Shown piece after piece: positions 51,826 to 61,134 of a DNA stretch of 64,000 bases. The position numbers and the translations under genes were made by a program. The stretch is from the NCBI GenBank assembly GCA_019358935.1, contig JAHHIK010000012.1, positions 32,001 to 96,000 of the forward strand. The letters are read 5' to 3'. Origin of the DNA: Tolypothrix carrinoi HA7290-LM1. GTDB lineage: Bacteria > Cyanobacteriota > Cyanobacteriia > Cyanobacteriales > Nostocaceae. The stretch's first letter is position 1, and every line of letters begins with the position of its first letter. The notes beneath the pieces were generated by a model. That model saw only the letters and a program-made list of their open reading frames with translations. It had not been told where the DNA came from and made no database searches.

Positions 51826-52638
51826 ATGACTAGAATTTTCATTCCCGGAATAACTCCACCCACACAACAGTCTCAACCAGCTTGGTGGTTTGCCTTTGTA
51901 GGCAATAAATTACTTATTTGCGTTCGCACTTCTAACCAAATTCCGCATTTAATAAGCTTGACAGAAATTAACTTAACCCCAGTGCGGACACAATTTCTCG
52001 GCACAATTGATAATCACCCGTGTTATTGTGCCGAATTACCCAAAGATACTGTTCCTCCTGAGGGCATGATTTTTCGAGGACTGCGTGAGTTATACGGTAT
52101 TCTGGAAGAAGATTTTTTTGCACTTAGCGGTCGAGCCTTTCAAATTATCGAATGGGATCGCACCCACCAATATTGCGGACATTGTGCCACTGCGACAACA
52201 CAATTATCAGGCGATCGCGCTAAACGCTGTCCAAATTGTGGTTTAGTTAATTATCCTCGCCTTTCCCCAGCTATCATTGTTTTAATCTCTCGTGGGGAAG
52301 AACTTTTATTAGCTCGCGCTAATCGATTTCCGCAAGCAATGTACAGCGTACTTGCCGGTTTTGTCGAACCAGGAGAATCGTTAGAAGAAACCGTCATCCG
52401 CGAAGTTAAAGAAGAAGTGGGGATTTCAGTCAAGAATATTCGCTATTTTGGCTCTCAATCTTGGCCCTTTCCCAACTCGTTGATGATAGGATTTACAGCA
52501 GATTATGCTGATGGTGAAATCGTCATCGAGGAGAAAGAAATAGCGGATGCAGCTTGGTTTAAAAAAGATAATTTACCACAGATTCCTCCAAAGTTGAGTA
52601 TTGCGCGTAAACTAATTGATGCGTTTGTATCTAGTTGA
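51826..52638 (+). CDS. nudC: NADH pyrophosphatase / NAD-cap decapping Nudix enzyme
   Basis: Zinc finger CGHC...CPNC, Nudix box GFVEPGESLEETVIREVKEEVG and SQSWPFPNSLM. Confidence 0.95.
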   Translation: MTRIFIPGITPPTQQSQPAWWFAFVGNKLLICVRTSNQIPHLISLTEINLTPVRTQFLGTIDNHPCYCAELPKDTVPPEGMIFRGLRELYGILEEDFFALSGRAFQIIEWDRTHQYCGHCATATTQLSGDRAKRCPNCGLVNYPRLSPAIIVLISRGEELLLARANRFPQAMYSVLAGFVEPGESLEETVIREVKEEVGISVKNIRYFGSQSWPFPNSLMIGFTADYADGEIVIEEKEIADAAWFKKDNLPQIPPKLSIARKLIDAFVSS

Positions 52639-52765
52639 AGAAATTCATCGTCATTGAGCGTGCTTGTTAAGCAAAAGCCGTTATGTAGTAGTGACAAGCG
52701 ATCGCTATCAACTACAAGCGGCAAGCATTTTGAAAACACAAGGAAATTTTTGGGAGAAAATTATA

Positions 52766-53374
52766 GTGAGCGTTCTCGCAAACCTCAAAAAAGAGTTGAT
52801 TTCTATTTCAACTGCCACTGACATTGGCTTTAACTCCACCCTAACAATCAAGCAGCAAATCGAGACATTAGCGGAATCTCTGGAAGTGCTAAATCCAACT
52901 GTTGAGCCTACAAGTTTTATGGAATTGGTTCAAGGACGCTGGCAGTTGTTGTACAGTACATTCGGATTAGAACGAGAAACTACACTTCAACGTCTTTCTT
53001 TTGGAAAGCTGCCGAATGTGACAGTCAATGTTACTGGTATCTTTCAAGAAGTTTATCTGGATGGTCAGCAGTACATTAACTTAATTGAGTTTACCGTAGG
53101 TTCCGATGTTAAAGGCATTGCTGCGGTAACAGGACGCTACAGAGTAGAAGACTCTAAACGTCTCAACATTGATTTTTTAGAAACCTCCGTTAAAAGTGCA
53201 AGCAACGATTTGGATGTTTCCACCTTTCGCTCTTGCTTAGGAATCGATTCTCAATCAGCTTTAGAATCAAAGCTTGATTTTAGCGGTTGGTCGGATATTA
53301 CCTATTTGGATGAAAATTTGCGTCTCATGCGTGGCAATAATCAAAATTTGTACGTGCTGGTGCGAACCAACTAG
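52766..53374 (+). CDS. PAP/fibrillin family protein
   Basis: LEVLNPT, GRWQLLYST and ITYLDENLRLMRGN motifs; start placed at GTG after GGAG. Confidence 0.85.
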   Translation: MSVLANLKKELISISTATDIGFNSTLTIKQQIETLAESLEVLNPTVEPTSFMELVQGRWQLLYSTFGLERETTLQRLSFGKLPNVTVNVTGIFQEVYLDGQQYINLIEFTVGSDVKGIAAVTGRYRVEDSKRLNIDFLETSVKSASNDLDVSTFRSCLGIDSQSALESKLDFSGWSDITYLDENLRLMRGNNQNLYVLVRTN

Positions 53375-53375
53375 G

Positions 53376-53933
53376 CTAACTGATTGATGAGTAATGTGTA
53401 TGAGTTGCGTTTTGTTTGAGATCGGATTTTACAACTTCAGCTTTCTCCTCAGCCGATACCGCTGAAGATAAGCTAGACTTTAGCGTAGCCTCTTGTTTTG
53501 ATTGCTCCTTAGTTAAACAGTTTAATGAGTCATCTTGGAGATGAATAAAGGCATTATCAGTTTTGTTGCTGGCTTCTAACTTTTTATAGTGTTGGATTTT
53601 TTTCTGAATTACCTCTAAATTGTGATTAAGTTCGCGGATGCCTTCTTGAACCTGACGCTCATGAGCTTCGAGAATTAAACGGCGATCGCTTATAGCCTCA
53701 GGTTTCTCTCGATACAAGTTAGCAAACTCTTGCATCTGACGAATTGGCATTCCTGTTGTTCGCAATCGAGTCAAAAACTCTATTCGCGTAATATCGTCAG
53801 TACGGTAACGACGATGACCGTTTGCCGCTCGGTTGACTGGCTCCAACAGCCCTTGACGCTCATAATAGCGAAGTGTATGCACACTTAACCCGGTAAGCGC
53901 CGCCACCTGTTGAATCGTGAGTTCTGTTTCCAT
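53376..53933 (-). CDS. MerR-family transcriptional regulator
   Basis: LTIQQVAALTGLSVHTLRYYERQGLL...NGHRRY motif. Confidence 0.95.
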   Translation of the reverse strand: METELTIQQVAALTGLSVHTLRYYERQGLLEPVNRAANGHRRYRTDDITRIEFLTRLRTTGMPIRQMQEFANLYREKPEAISDRRLILEAHERQVQEGIRELNHNLEVIQKKIQHYKKLEASNKTDNAFIHLQDDSLNCLTKEQSKQEATLKSSLSSAVSAEEKAEVVKSDLKQNATHTHYSSIS

Positions 53934-53960
53934 CGCCACCTCAGCAGAACTATACAAACT

Positions 53961-53991
53961 ACCTTAAAACTTAGAGTGCGCTCTAAGTCAA
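53961..53991 (-). promoter_or_regulatory. MerR-type promoter/operator
   Basis: Minus strand TTGACT, 19 bp, TAAGGT, with the dyad ACTTAGAG-TGCG-CTCTAAGT (53969-53988) overlapping the spacer. Confidence 0.85.
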
Positions 53992-54221
53992 GTGTTTTCA
54001 GAAAAAAATAGCGAAGTGTTTATCGCGGTTCTCGTTTAAGTCAAATACAAACCTAACTCTCTACCCCCTTCCCTACAAGGGAAGGGGAAAAAGCCCCTCT
54101 CCTTGTAGGAGAGGGGTTGGGGAGAGGTTTTTAAACGAGAGCGTGCGTATCAGTCCTGATGTACTGCAAGCCTTTGCTAGCTATAGTTAACGGTTAAGGC
54201 TCACAGTTAAAAGGAGGCAAG

Positions 54222-54848
54222 ATGGAAAAACAATCAATCAACCCATCCCCAGCACTCGAAGAAATTCCCCCTGGCTGTCTCAACATCATGGGTTATATTG
54301 ATGAGTCAGAAGTCAACGGTCCTGGTTGTCGTGCTGTAGTGTGGGTGCAAGGTTGTTTGCGCGAGTGTCCAGGCTGCTTTAATGTTGAATCTTGGTCGTT
54401 TGAGATTAACCAATTAATTTCTGTTGACAGCCTCGCCGAAAAAATCCTCAGTAATCCTCGCAACACAGGTGTAACATTTTCTGGCGGAGAACCTTTTTGG
54501 CAAGCACCCGCGCTGGCAAGTTTGGCGCGTCAGCTAAAAGCCGCAGGACTAAATGTGATGTCTTTTACAGGGTTTACTCTAGAGAAACTACAGTCAGAAT
54601 CAGCACCAGCAGGGGCACAAGAGTTGTTAACACAGCTTGATATTCTGATAGATGGGGCTTTTGTCGAGTCAAAAGCAATTAATTCTCCTAACTCCCCAGT
54701 GTCTTCTACTAACCAGCGGGTGCATGTGCTTAATCCAGCGTTCCAAGACCAGATTACCTGGGCAAGCGACCAGATAGAAATTCATGTCCTCAAAGATGGT
54801 AGCCGCATCATTACTGGTTATCGCGGTAGTTGGGTAGAACAATCTTAA
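54222..54848 (+). CDS. NrdG-like radical SAM / 4Fe-4S activating-enzyme family protein
   Basis: NGPGCRAVVWVQGCLRECPGCFN (CxxxCxxC), TFSGGEP, LIDGAF and STNQR motifs. Confidence 0.88.
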   Translation: MEKQSINPSPALEEIPPGCLNIMGYIDESEVNGPGCRAVVWVQGCLRECPGCFNVESWSFEINQLISVDSLAEKILSNPRNTGVTFSGGEPFWQAPALASLARQLKAAGLNVMSFTGFTLEKLQSESAPAGAQELLTQLDILIDGAFVESKAINSPNSPVSSTNQRVHVLNPAFQDQITWASDQIEIHVLKDGSRIITGYRGSWVEQS

Positions 54849-54939
54849 ACAGGAATGAGTTTAGTGTCACACGAAAACGTAAAATAAGCTCGTAGTAAGC
54901 GCTGAAGCGCTTATTTTAAGCACTTTAGTGCTTACTACG

Positions 54940-55160
54940 AGTTCCGAACACCAACTTTCGAGTTTGGAACATCAACTTTCGAGTTCAGAACTCGAACTTT
55001 CGAGTTTGGAACATCAACTTTCGAGTTCAGAACATCAACTTTCGAGTTTGGAACATCAACTTTCGAGTTCAGAACATCAACTTTCGAGTTCCAAGCTCGA
55101 AGTTTCGAGTTCCAAGCTCGAAGTTTCGAGTTCTGAACTCGAAATTCCGAGTTCCGAACA
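54940..55160. repeat. 21-bp (3x7) tandem repeat, about ten units
   Basis: TTCGAGTTTGGAACATCAACT, TTCGAGTTCAGAACATCAACT and TTCGAGTTCCAAGCTCGAAGT units. Confidence 0.9.
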
Positions 55161-55238
55161 CGAAGCAATCGAACTTACAGTAAACAAATCTCGTCCGATG
55201 ATTCTTGGGGCTGGTTTGCTTACTACTGCCCCAAGAGA

Positions 55239-56126
55239 TTAGGAAGCGCCACCGCTTCTTGCGATCCAGTGCAGCAGCTCGTTATCGAACAGGCGACTCT
55301 CTTCAAGTTGGGGCGTGTGACTGCTTTTATCGAACACTCTGACTGTCAGATCGCGGAAACTCGCACGATACGGCTCCCAAGCGGGGTATGGGGCAACCAA
55401 ATAGTCGAAACGTCCCAACGCCAGCAATACGGGGATATCGAGATCGGCGAGTCCGTTGGCGATCTCGATGTCGCGAAACACCTCGCCGAAAATGTAGTCG
55501 AACATGTCCATGTTGACGTGGACATCTGACCACAGCGGTGTCGCGTCGAAAGTTGGGTCATACCAGCTTCTGGCTCCCTGTCGGATGCAGTAGGTGATGA
55601 ACCGTTTTTCCGGCGCAGCGGCGATTTCATCATAGAGCAGTCGTAAATCGCTTTCGAGTTTTGCCTTACGTTCGGGACAGACCGCTTCTCGCCAATACTC
55701 CTCGGTCAATTTGGCGTGAGCGGCGCTATGGCTAGGACCAGTGGCAATTATGACGAGGTGCGTCACATGCTGCGGATACCTCTTGGCATACTCAAGTGCC
55801 ATGTAACCGTGACCGGAGTGTCCAATGACCACGATTTCTGACAACGCCAGATGCTGCCGGATTAGCTCCACATCGGCTAAAATCACGTCGAGTGCATAGT
55901 CGGACTTCGTGACCTCACCGACAGGTTTGGAAAAGCCTCTGTGATCGACGAAGATCAACTTTAGCTCCCGCCGCAATTCGGCTGAGAAGGTTCTTGGATA
56001 ATAAATTGAGCTACCGATTACCAGGGCTGGTTTACCGCTGCCCTCAATCGAATAACCCAGTTCAAAACTTCCGGAACGAATCGTTCCGCGCTCGACGAAG
56101 TAATCGGCGTTTCCGAGTTGGGACAT
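55239..56126 (-). CDS. Alpha/beta hydrolase (proline-iminopeptidase-like), GC-rich
   Basis: FVDHRGF, nucleophile GHSGHG, GRFDY and SSHTPQLEE motifs. Confidence 0.88.
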   Translation of the reverse strand: MSQLGNADYFVERGTIRSGSFELGYSIEGSGKPALVIGSSIYYPRTFSAELRRELKLIFVDHRGFSKPVGEVTKSDYALDVILADVELIRQHLALSEIVVIGHSGHGYMALEYAKRYPQHVTHLVIIATGPSHSAAHAKLTEEYWREAVCPERKAKLESDLRLLYDEIAAAPEKRFITYCIRQGARSWYDPTFDATPLWSDVHVNMDMFDYIFGEVFRDIEIANGLADLDIPVLLALGRFDYLVAPYPAWEPYRASFRDLTVRVFDKSSHTPQLEESRLFDNELLHWIARSGGAS

Positions 56127-56348
56127 ATCATAAACCTCGACTACGGTCCGGCTCAAAAGGATTTCAGCCTAAAAAGACACGGCAGAGAAGCCGCTTTCTC
56201 CGTGCGGGGGTGGAGTTCTGTTGAGGAGCCAGTGCGTTGCAAAGGAACGCGACCGTTGTAGCACAACCGCGTGCGACTGGCGCGACACAGAGAACACAGA
56301 GTTTGGGAGAGTTTTTGCCCTCATTCGTATTAAAATTCCTTTCCCCTT

Positions 56349-57002
56349 TCATGTTTGTTGTGTTTGCTGTTGAATAACAACACTCCAGTCATCGTTTTTC
56401 ACAGCAGCTTCAAGTTGAGTCCGTCGTTGGGTATCACTCACATCGATATTCTCTAACTCTTTAGTCAAAGTGGTATCAGCCATTGCTTTACGTAATTTCA
56501 GCTTTTTCTCTTCATAAGCATTACGTTCAGCTTCTGACATCGTTGCTTTGGCAACTTCCCCCACTGTACTAGCCCACATGCCGCTTTCTGAATCATTACC
56601 AGGTGGAATGCTATCTAGTTCTTTGATCCAAGCATCCCGCATATCTTCCATTTCTTGCCGCTTGGGGAACTTGAAGTTCTGCACGCGCACAAAAGCACAC
56701 TTTTGGCTATTATTTTGGGCGACATGACCGTTTAAAGAAAGCAAGACATTCCGAGAATAGCCGATATACTGGGTGCAGCCTTGTGTGTCTAAAACCGCGT
56801 ATACACCTGCGATTTTGGCATTTTGGGAAAGCGCACACCAAGCCTCAAGAGGTATGATGTCAGCGCCATTGTTTGCTTCCGGTGTAAAAGTAACCTCGGT
56901 GGGAGCGTGTTCGTTGTCGTCAGAGTACAAAAAGTCATGCAAGCCACGGTGACTTACTGGTACACTTTGATGCTCAATGGGCAAGTTTTTGTCGGTTTCC
57001 AT
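56349..57002 (-). CDS. GIY-YIG-like family protein
   Basis: AGVYAVLD...QYIGYSRN and IPPGN motifs. Confidence 0.75.
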   Translation of the reverse strand: METDKNLPIEHQSVPVSHRGLHDFLYSDDNEHAPTEVTFTPEANNGADIIPLEAWCALSQNAKIAGVYAVLDTQGCTQYIGYSRNVLLSLNGHVAQNNSQKCAFVRVQNFKFPKRQEMEDMRDAWIKELDSIPPGNDSESGMWASTVGEVAKATMSEAERNAYEEKKLKLRKAMADTTLTKELENIDVSDTQRRTQLEAAVKNDDWSVVIQQQTQQT

Positions 57003-57098
57003 TGGGGCTGTTCTCCGTTAAATTAGTTGGCGATCGCTTTTCTTGTAAATGCCTAACATTTACAATTGCATCAACCCATACCCCAAAGCAAGCGATAA

Positions 57099-57824
57099 CT
57101 ACTTGACAAATTTCCACTCTAATGTTTTGATTGGTGCTGTTTGAAGCGCCTCTGTCAGTTCGTCATTACTGCTAAATTGCACTTGATCGAGATAGCAAGC
57201 TTCGACTCTGACAGTAAATTCTTGCTCTTCAAAAGCCCAAGGTTGTACAGTGACAGTGCGATCGCTGCGTTGCATAACATCGTAGCGCGTATTATTTAGA
57301 TGAGAAGTAATTTCTAAAGCACGTTCGCTATCAGGTAATTCCTGTTTGCAGAGAATTAGTGACAAGCGATCGCACCATTCAAAAAAAGCATAAGCATCAG
57401 CGGCATCATCTTTGCTAATATTCAACTCCTTACGCCATTGCTCTTGATTTTCTAATTGTTCATCGAGAAAACTATCCAATTCTTTTGATTCACCGCGCTT
57501 ACCCTCATTGAGCAAACTCATGTGCATAGAAATTAGCATCGCCACCCATCGTCCCCGATAGCGGGCATTTTGCGTATGCGATCGCAGCCTTTTGAGATAG
57601 GTTTTCTTTTCTAAAGTAAAATCTAGTGGAGCACCAGCTTCAGTCAGGTGATTACCTTCCCACTCTTTTTCCAAATCATCATGATGGGAAATTGCAGCGA
57701 TCGTTTCCAGCCAGCGTATCGGACGATCCTTAGCATTCCAGTGTCCCGCCAATTCAGCAGCCAGCAAAGCATGTGCGCGATGGTAAATAACTTCCCACCC
57801 CTTCTCATGTTGATTAGCAATCAT
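57099..57824 (-). CDS. DUF3891-family protein
   Basis: HRAHALLAAELAGHW, AISHHDD, LISMH and WCDRLSLILC motifs. Confidence 0.7.
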   Translation of the reverse strand: MIANQHEKGWEVIYHRAHALLAAELAGHWNAKDRPIRWLETIAAISHHDDLEKEWEGNHLTEAGAPLDFTLEKKTYLKRLRSHTQNARYRGRWVAMLISMHMSLLNEGKRGESKELDSFLDEQLENQEQWRKELNISKDDAADAYAFFEWCDRLSLILCKQELPDSERALEITSHLNNTRYDVMQRSDRTVTVQPWAFEEQEFTVRVEACYLDQVQFSSNDELTEALQTAPIKTLEWKFVK

Positions 57825-58077
57825 AAATCATCCTCATTAATCTAGAAATTTGTGTAAAATATCGTCGCAGCGACAATTAAAATCTCGATGTGAGATTGAA
57901 AATTAACAGCAATGAGCGCAAAAACTCTCTCAAACTCTTATTCCTCTGTGTCCTCCGCGCTCTGGAGCGGTTCGTTTTTTGGTCATTTTGCATAAATCCT
58001 AATTAATCAGCCTCCTTACTTTTTACTCATCAAGCGCAGAAAATCCATCCGCCAAAAGCACGAGAAAAAACGTCCCT

Positions 58078-58968
58078 ATGAATAGATTGACACCCAAAAA
58101 TTGGATTCTTATCCAACAGCGATTAACTCCCTACTTCTTTTTGCTACCCGCATTAATTATCTTAGGCTTAACCGTCTTTTATCCAGCACTGCAAGCGTTT
58201 TACCTCAGCTTTACCCGCTACGAATACGACATTACCCAGGCACCGCAATGGGTAGGTTTTGCCAACTTCCAGCGCTTATCCAAAGACCCAGTTTTCTGGC
58301 AAACTTTAGTTAATACACTGATTTATCTTGTCGGTGTAGTGCCCATTTTAGTAATTGCCCCCTTAATTTTGGCAATTTTAGTAAATCAAAAACTACGGGG
58401 AATGAATTGGTTTAGAGCAGCTTACTACACACCAGTAGTAATTTCAATGGTAGTTGCAGGAATCGCCTTCAAATGGCTGTATGCCGAAAACGGCTTACTC
58501 AATCAATTACTAAAAGGCATTTTTACCGAAGGAATTCCTTGGTTAACTAGCCCCAAATTTGCCCTTTATAGTGTGATGGCAGTCACCATCTGGAAAGGAT
58601 TAGGCTATTACATGGTGATTTATTTAGCCGGCTTGCAATCAATTGGCGCCGATGTCTACGAAGCCGCAGCAATTGATGGTTCAGATGGAATTAGCAAACA
58701 CTGGGATATTACCGTCCCCTTGATGAAACCTTATTTAGCATTAGTAGCAGTAATTTCTGCCATTTCTGCCACCAAAGTATTTGAAGAAGTCTACATCATG
58801 ACCGAAGGCGGACCGCGTAACAGTTCCAAAACGATAGTTTATTATCTTTACGAACAAGCTTTCAATAACTTAGAAATTAGTTATGCTTGCACAATTGGGC
58901 TAGTGTTATTTTTAATAATTTTGAGCTTATCGATAGTACGACTATTAGTTAATGGAGTGAATTTATAG
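58078..58968 (+). CDS. Carbohydrate ABC transporter permease
   Basis: WVGFANF and EAA loop VYEAAAIDG...ITVPLMKP. Confidence 0.93.
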   Translation: MNRLTPKNWILIQQRLTPYFFLLPALIILGLTVFYPALQAFYLSFTRYEYDITQAPQWVGFANFQRLSKDPVFWQTLVNTLIYLVGVVPILVIAPLILAILVNQKLRGMNWFRAAYYTPVVISMVVAGIAFKWLYAENGLLNQLLKGIFTEGIPWLTSPKFALYSVMAVTIWKGLGYYMVIYLAGLQSIGADVYEAAAIDGSDGISKHWDITVPLMKPYLALVAVISAISATKVFEEVYIMTEGGPRNSSKTIVYYLYEQAFNNLEISYACTIGLVLFLIILSLSIVRLLVNGVNL

Positions 58969-59010
58969 AAAAACTAGACAGAAATAGAATAGTTTCAAAA
59001 ATCATGAAAA

Positions 59011-59919
59011 GTGCAAGTAGTAATGCAAATAGAACAGCCTCTACAAATTAATGCTGCCGAACCAGAAAAACTCAAACCAATCCTTCCCAAACCCGTAATT
59101 CTTTCCACCCCAGTGACAGGTTGGAATGGTTTTTATTTTGCCTATCATCGACAGTTAAATCATAAAATTCCGGAAACTTGCCCTGACCAGCATATTAGTG
59201 CCATTTGCATTGAAGGTTTTCAGGCAAACATGAAAATCAACAAACAATGGCAACATAAATCTTACGCTGCGAGTGATGTCGCGATTTTTCCAGCACACCA
59301 AATATCTCCAGCAGTAGAGTTTGAGCAGGAATTAGGATTTATTATCCTTTGTCTTGAGCCAGAATTTGTGCATCGCGCTGCCTATGAATCAGTAGATGCT
59401 GATAACGTTGAAATTATCCAGCAATTGCAAAGCCACGATCCCTTAATTCAACAAATTGGACTTGCATTAAAAAGAGAATTAGAAATCAGTATAATTGATA
59501 GTCGCCTTTATGCAGAGTCAGCGGCAAATATGCTCGCGGTGCATTTATTGAAACGCTATTCAACGCGGAAACTTATTATTAAAGAATATACAGGTGGATT
59601 GCCAAAGTACAAATTAAAAGAGGTACTGACATATATAAACGACAACTTAGAGGCAAATTTATCGCTGGCAGAAATTAGTGCGATCGCCCAAATGAGTCCG
59701 CATTATTTTGCCACCTTATTCAAGCAATCAACAGGAATCGCACCTCACCAATATGTCACCAAATGCCGAATCGATAAAGCAAAACATTTACTCGCAAAAC
59801 GAGAATTATCAATTCTACAAATTTCCCACCTAGTAGGATTTCAAAGTCAAAGTCATTTTGCTAAAGTCTTCCGTAAATACGTCGGCATTACTCCTCAAGC
59901 ATTTAGAGCAAATTTATAA
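59011..59919 (+). CDS. AraC-family transcriptional regulator
   Basis: MSPHYFATLFKQSTG and VGFQSQSHFAKVFRKYVGITP double helix-turn-helix. Confidence 0.93.
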   Translation: MQVVMQIEQPLQINAAEPEKLKPILPKPVILSTPVTGWNGFYFAYHRQLNHKIPETCPDQHISAICIEGFQANMKINKQWQHKSYAASDVAIFPAHQISPAVEFEQELGFIILCLEPEFVHRAAYESVDADNVEIIQQLQSHDPLIQQIGLALKRELEISIIDSRLYAESAANMLAVHLLKRYSTRKLIIKEYTGGLPKYKLKEVLTYINDNLEANLSLAEISAIAQMSPHYFATLFKQSTGIAPHQYVTKCRIDKAKHLLAKRELSILQISHLVGFQSQSHFAKVFRKYVGITPQAFRANL

Positions 59920-60041
59920 TAAATCATACTATTAACTATATTTTAAATAGCTATATAACAATCCTAAATCATTCATCAAACTCCCTCTTTCCTCCTCTGT
60001 GTTCTCTGCGTCTCTGCGGTTCGTTTTTTCCCATATAAACA

Positions 60042-60072
60042 GAAGATTGCGCTAATTATCGGAAGATTGCGC
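60042..60072 (+). promoter_or_regulatory. Tandem direct repeat, putative AraC-type binding site
   Basis: GAAGATTGCGC at 60042 and 60062 (20-bp period), upstream of a candidate -10 TAAACT (60097-60102) for the Rieske gene. Confidence 0.6.
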
Positions 60073-60135
60073 GAGACAGCTTTGAAGTGCCAATACTAAA
60101 CTCAGTGTAATTAACTCAATTAATCGGAGACATTT

Positions 60136-61122
60136 ATGTTCATGCTGCAAGGGGCACCGTGGCTATTAGCACATCGCGCTATGCTCAAAAATCAACCGAT
60201 GAAAGTATCACTCTACGGCAACGACTACGTTCTTTGGCAAGACAGTAAAGGTAAAATTAGTTGCTTGCCGAATGCCTGCCCTCACATGGGTGCTATGCTC
60301 TCCGAAGGTTGGTGTGTAACCAAACCAGATAATAGTAGTACAGTGGCTTGTCCCTTTCATGCATTGGAATTTGATAGCGCTGGCTGTACAGTTTTACCAG
60401 GTTCCGACAAGCCAACAAAATCCTTAATCAAGCCATTAGAGTTAATTATTCAAGGCGATTTTATATGGTCTTACGGTGGATATGAACCGAAGATTTGCAT
60501 CCCCACAGTGATGAATCAAATTGCAGCAGAGTATAAATTTATTGGTTTTACAGGAAATTGCAGCATCAAAACCGATATTCTCACTCTGCTGCTAAACATG
60601 CACGACTACAATCACCAAAATGGTACTCATCGTCAGTTATTTGAGATTGAAGAAGTTCAGCTTAAACAGTTTATCGACAACGGATTTCACTCTCATGCTT
60701 ATATAGATCAGCCAAGAACCAAACCCAAATTCCGCGACATCCTGAAAAACCCGGCTCTTTTATTAATGCCAAAAGTGCTTCAGGCTCATTTAGAAAACTT
60801 CTTTCCCTACATGGGAATAATGCACGGTGAAAGCCCGCTTTTAAGCCTCAAAGAGTGTCATTTTTACATTCCCGAATCAGCAAATCACTCTCGCGTTTAC
60901 GTTCTCATGTTCATGAAAGCGCACACTCCCATTGCCCATTTGCTCAAAGGAAATCTTCTGCGGTTGATTGAAGTCGTTATTGAGCAAGACGCTGACATTT
61001 TAGGCAAACTTTATGCGAATACACCTCAGCATATTAAACTCAATAATGAAGTTGGAATGGATTGGGTGCGGCGAAATTTTGAGAATTTCCCCACAGTTGT
61101 AGAACCAAATCTTTCTCGTTAA
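60136..61122 (+). CDS. Rieske [2Fe-2S] non-heme iron oxygenase family protein
   Basis: CPHMG...CPFH Rieske ligands; NMHDYNHQNGTH and EQD mononuclear-iron motifs. Confidence 0.9.
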   Translation: MFMLQGAPWLLAHRAMLKNQPMKVSLYGNDYVLWQDSKGKISCLPNACPHMGAMLSEGWCVTKPDNSSTVACPFHALEFDSAGCTVLPGSDKPTKSLIKPLELIIQGDFIWSYGGYEPKICIPTVMNQIAAEYKFIGFTGNCSIKTDILTLLLNMHDYNHQNGTHRQLFEIEEVQLKQFIDNGFHSHAYIDQPRTKPKFRDILKNPALLLMPKVLQAHLENFFPYMGIMHGESPLLSLKECHFYIPESANHSRVYVLMFMKAHTPIAHLLKGNLLRLIEVVIEQDADILGKLYANTPQHIKLNNEVGMDWVRRNFENFPTVVEPNLSR

Positions 61123-61134
61123 ATCAACGCCCAA

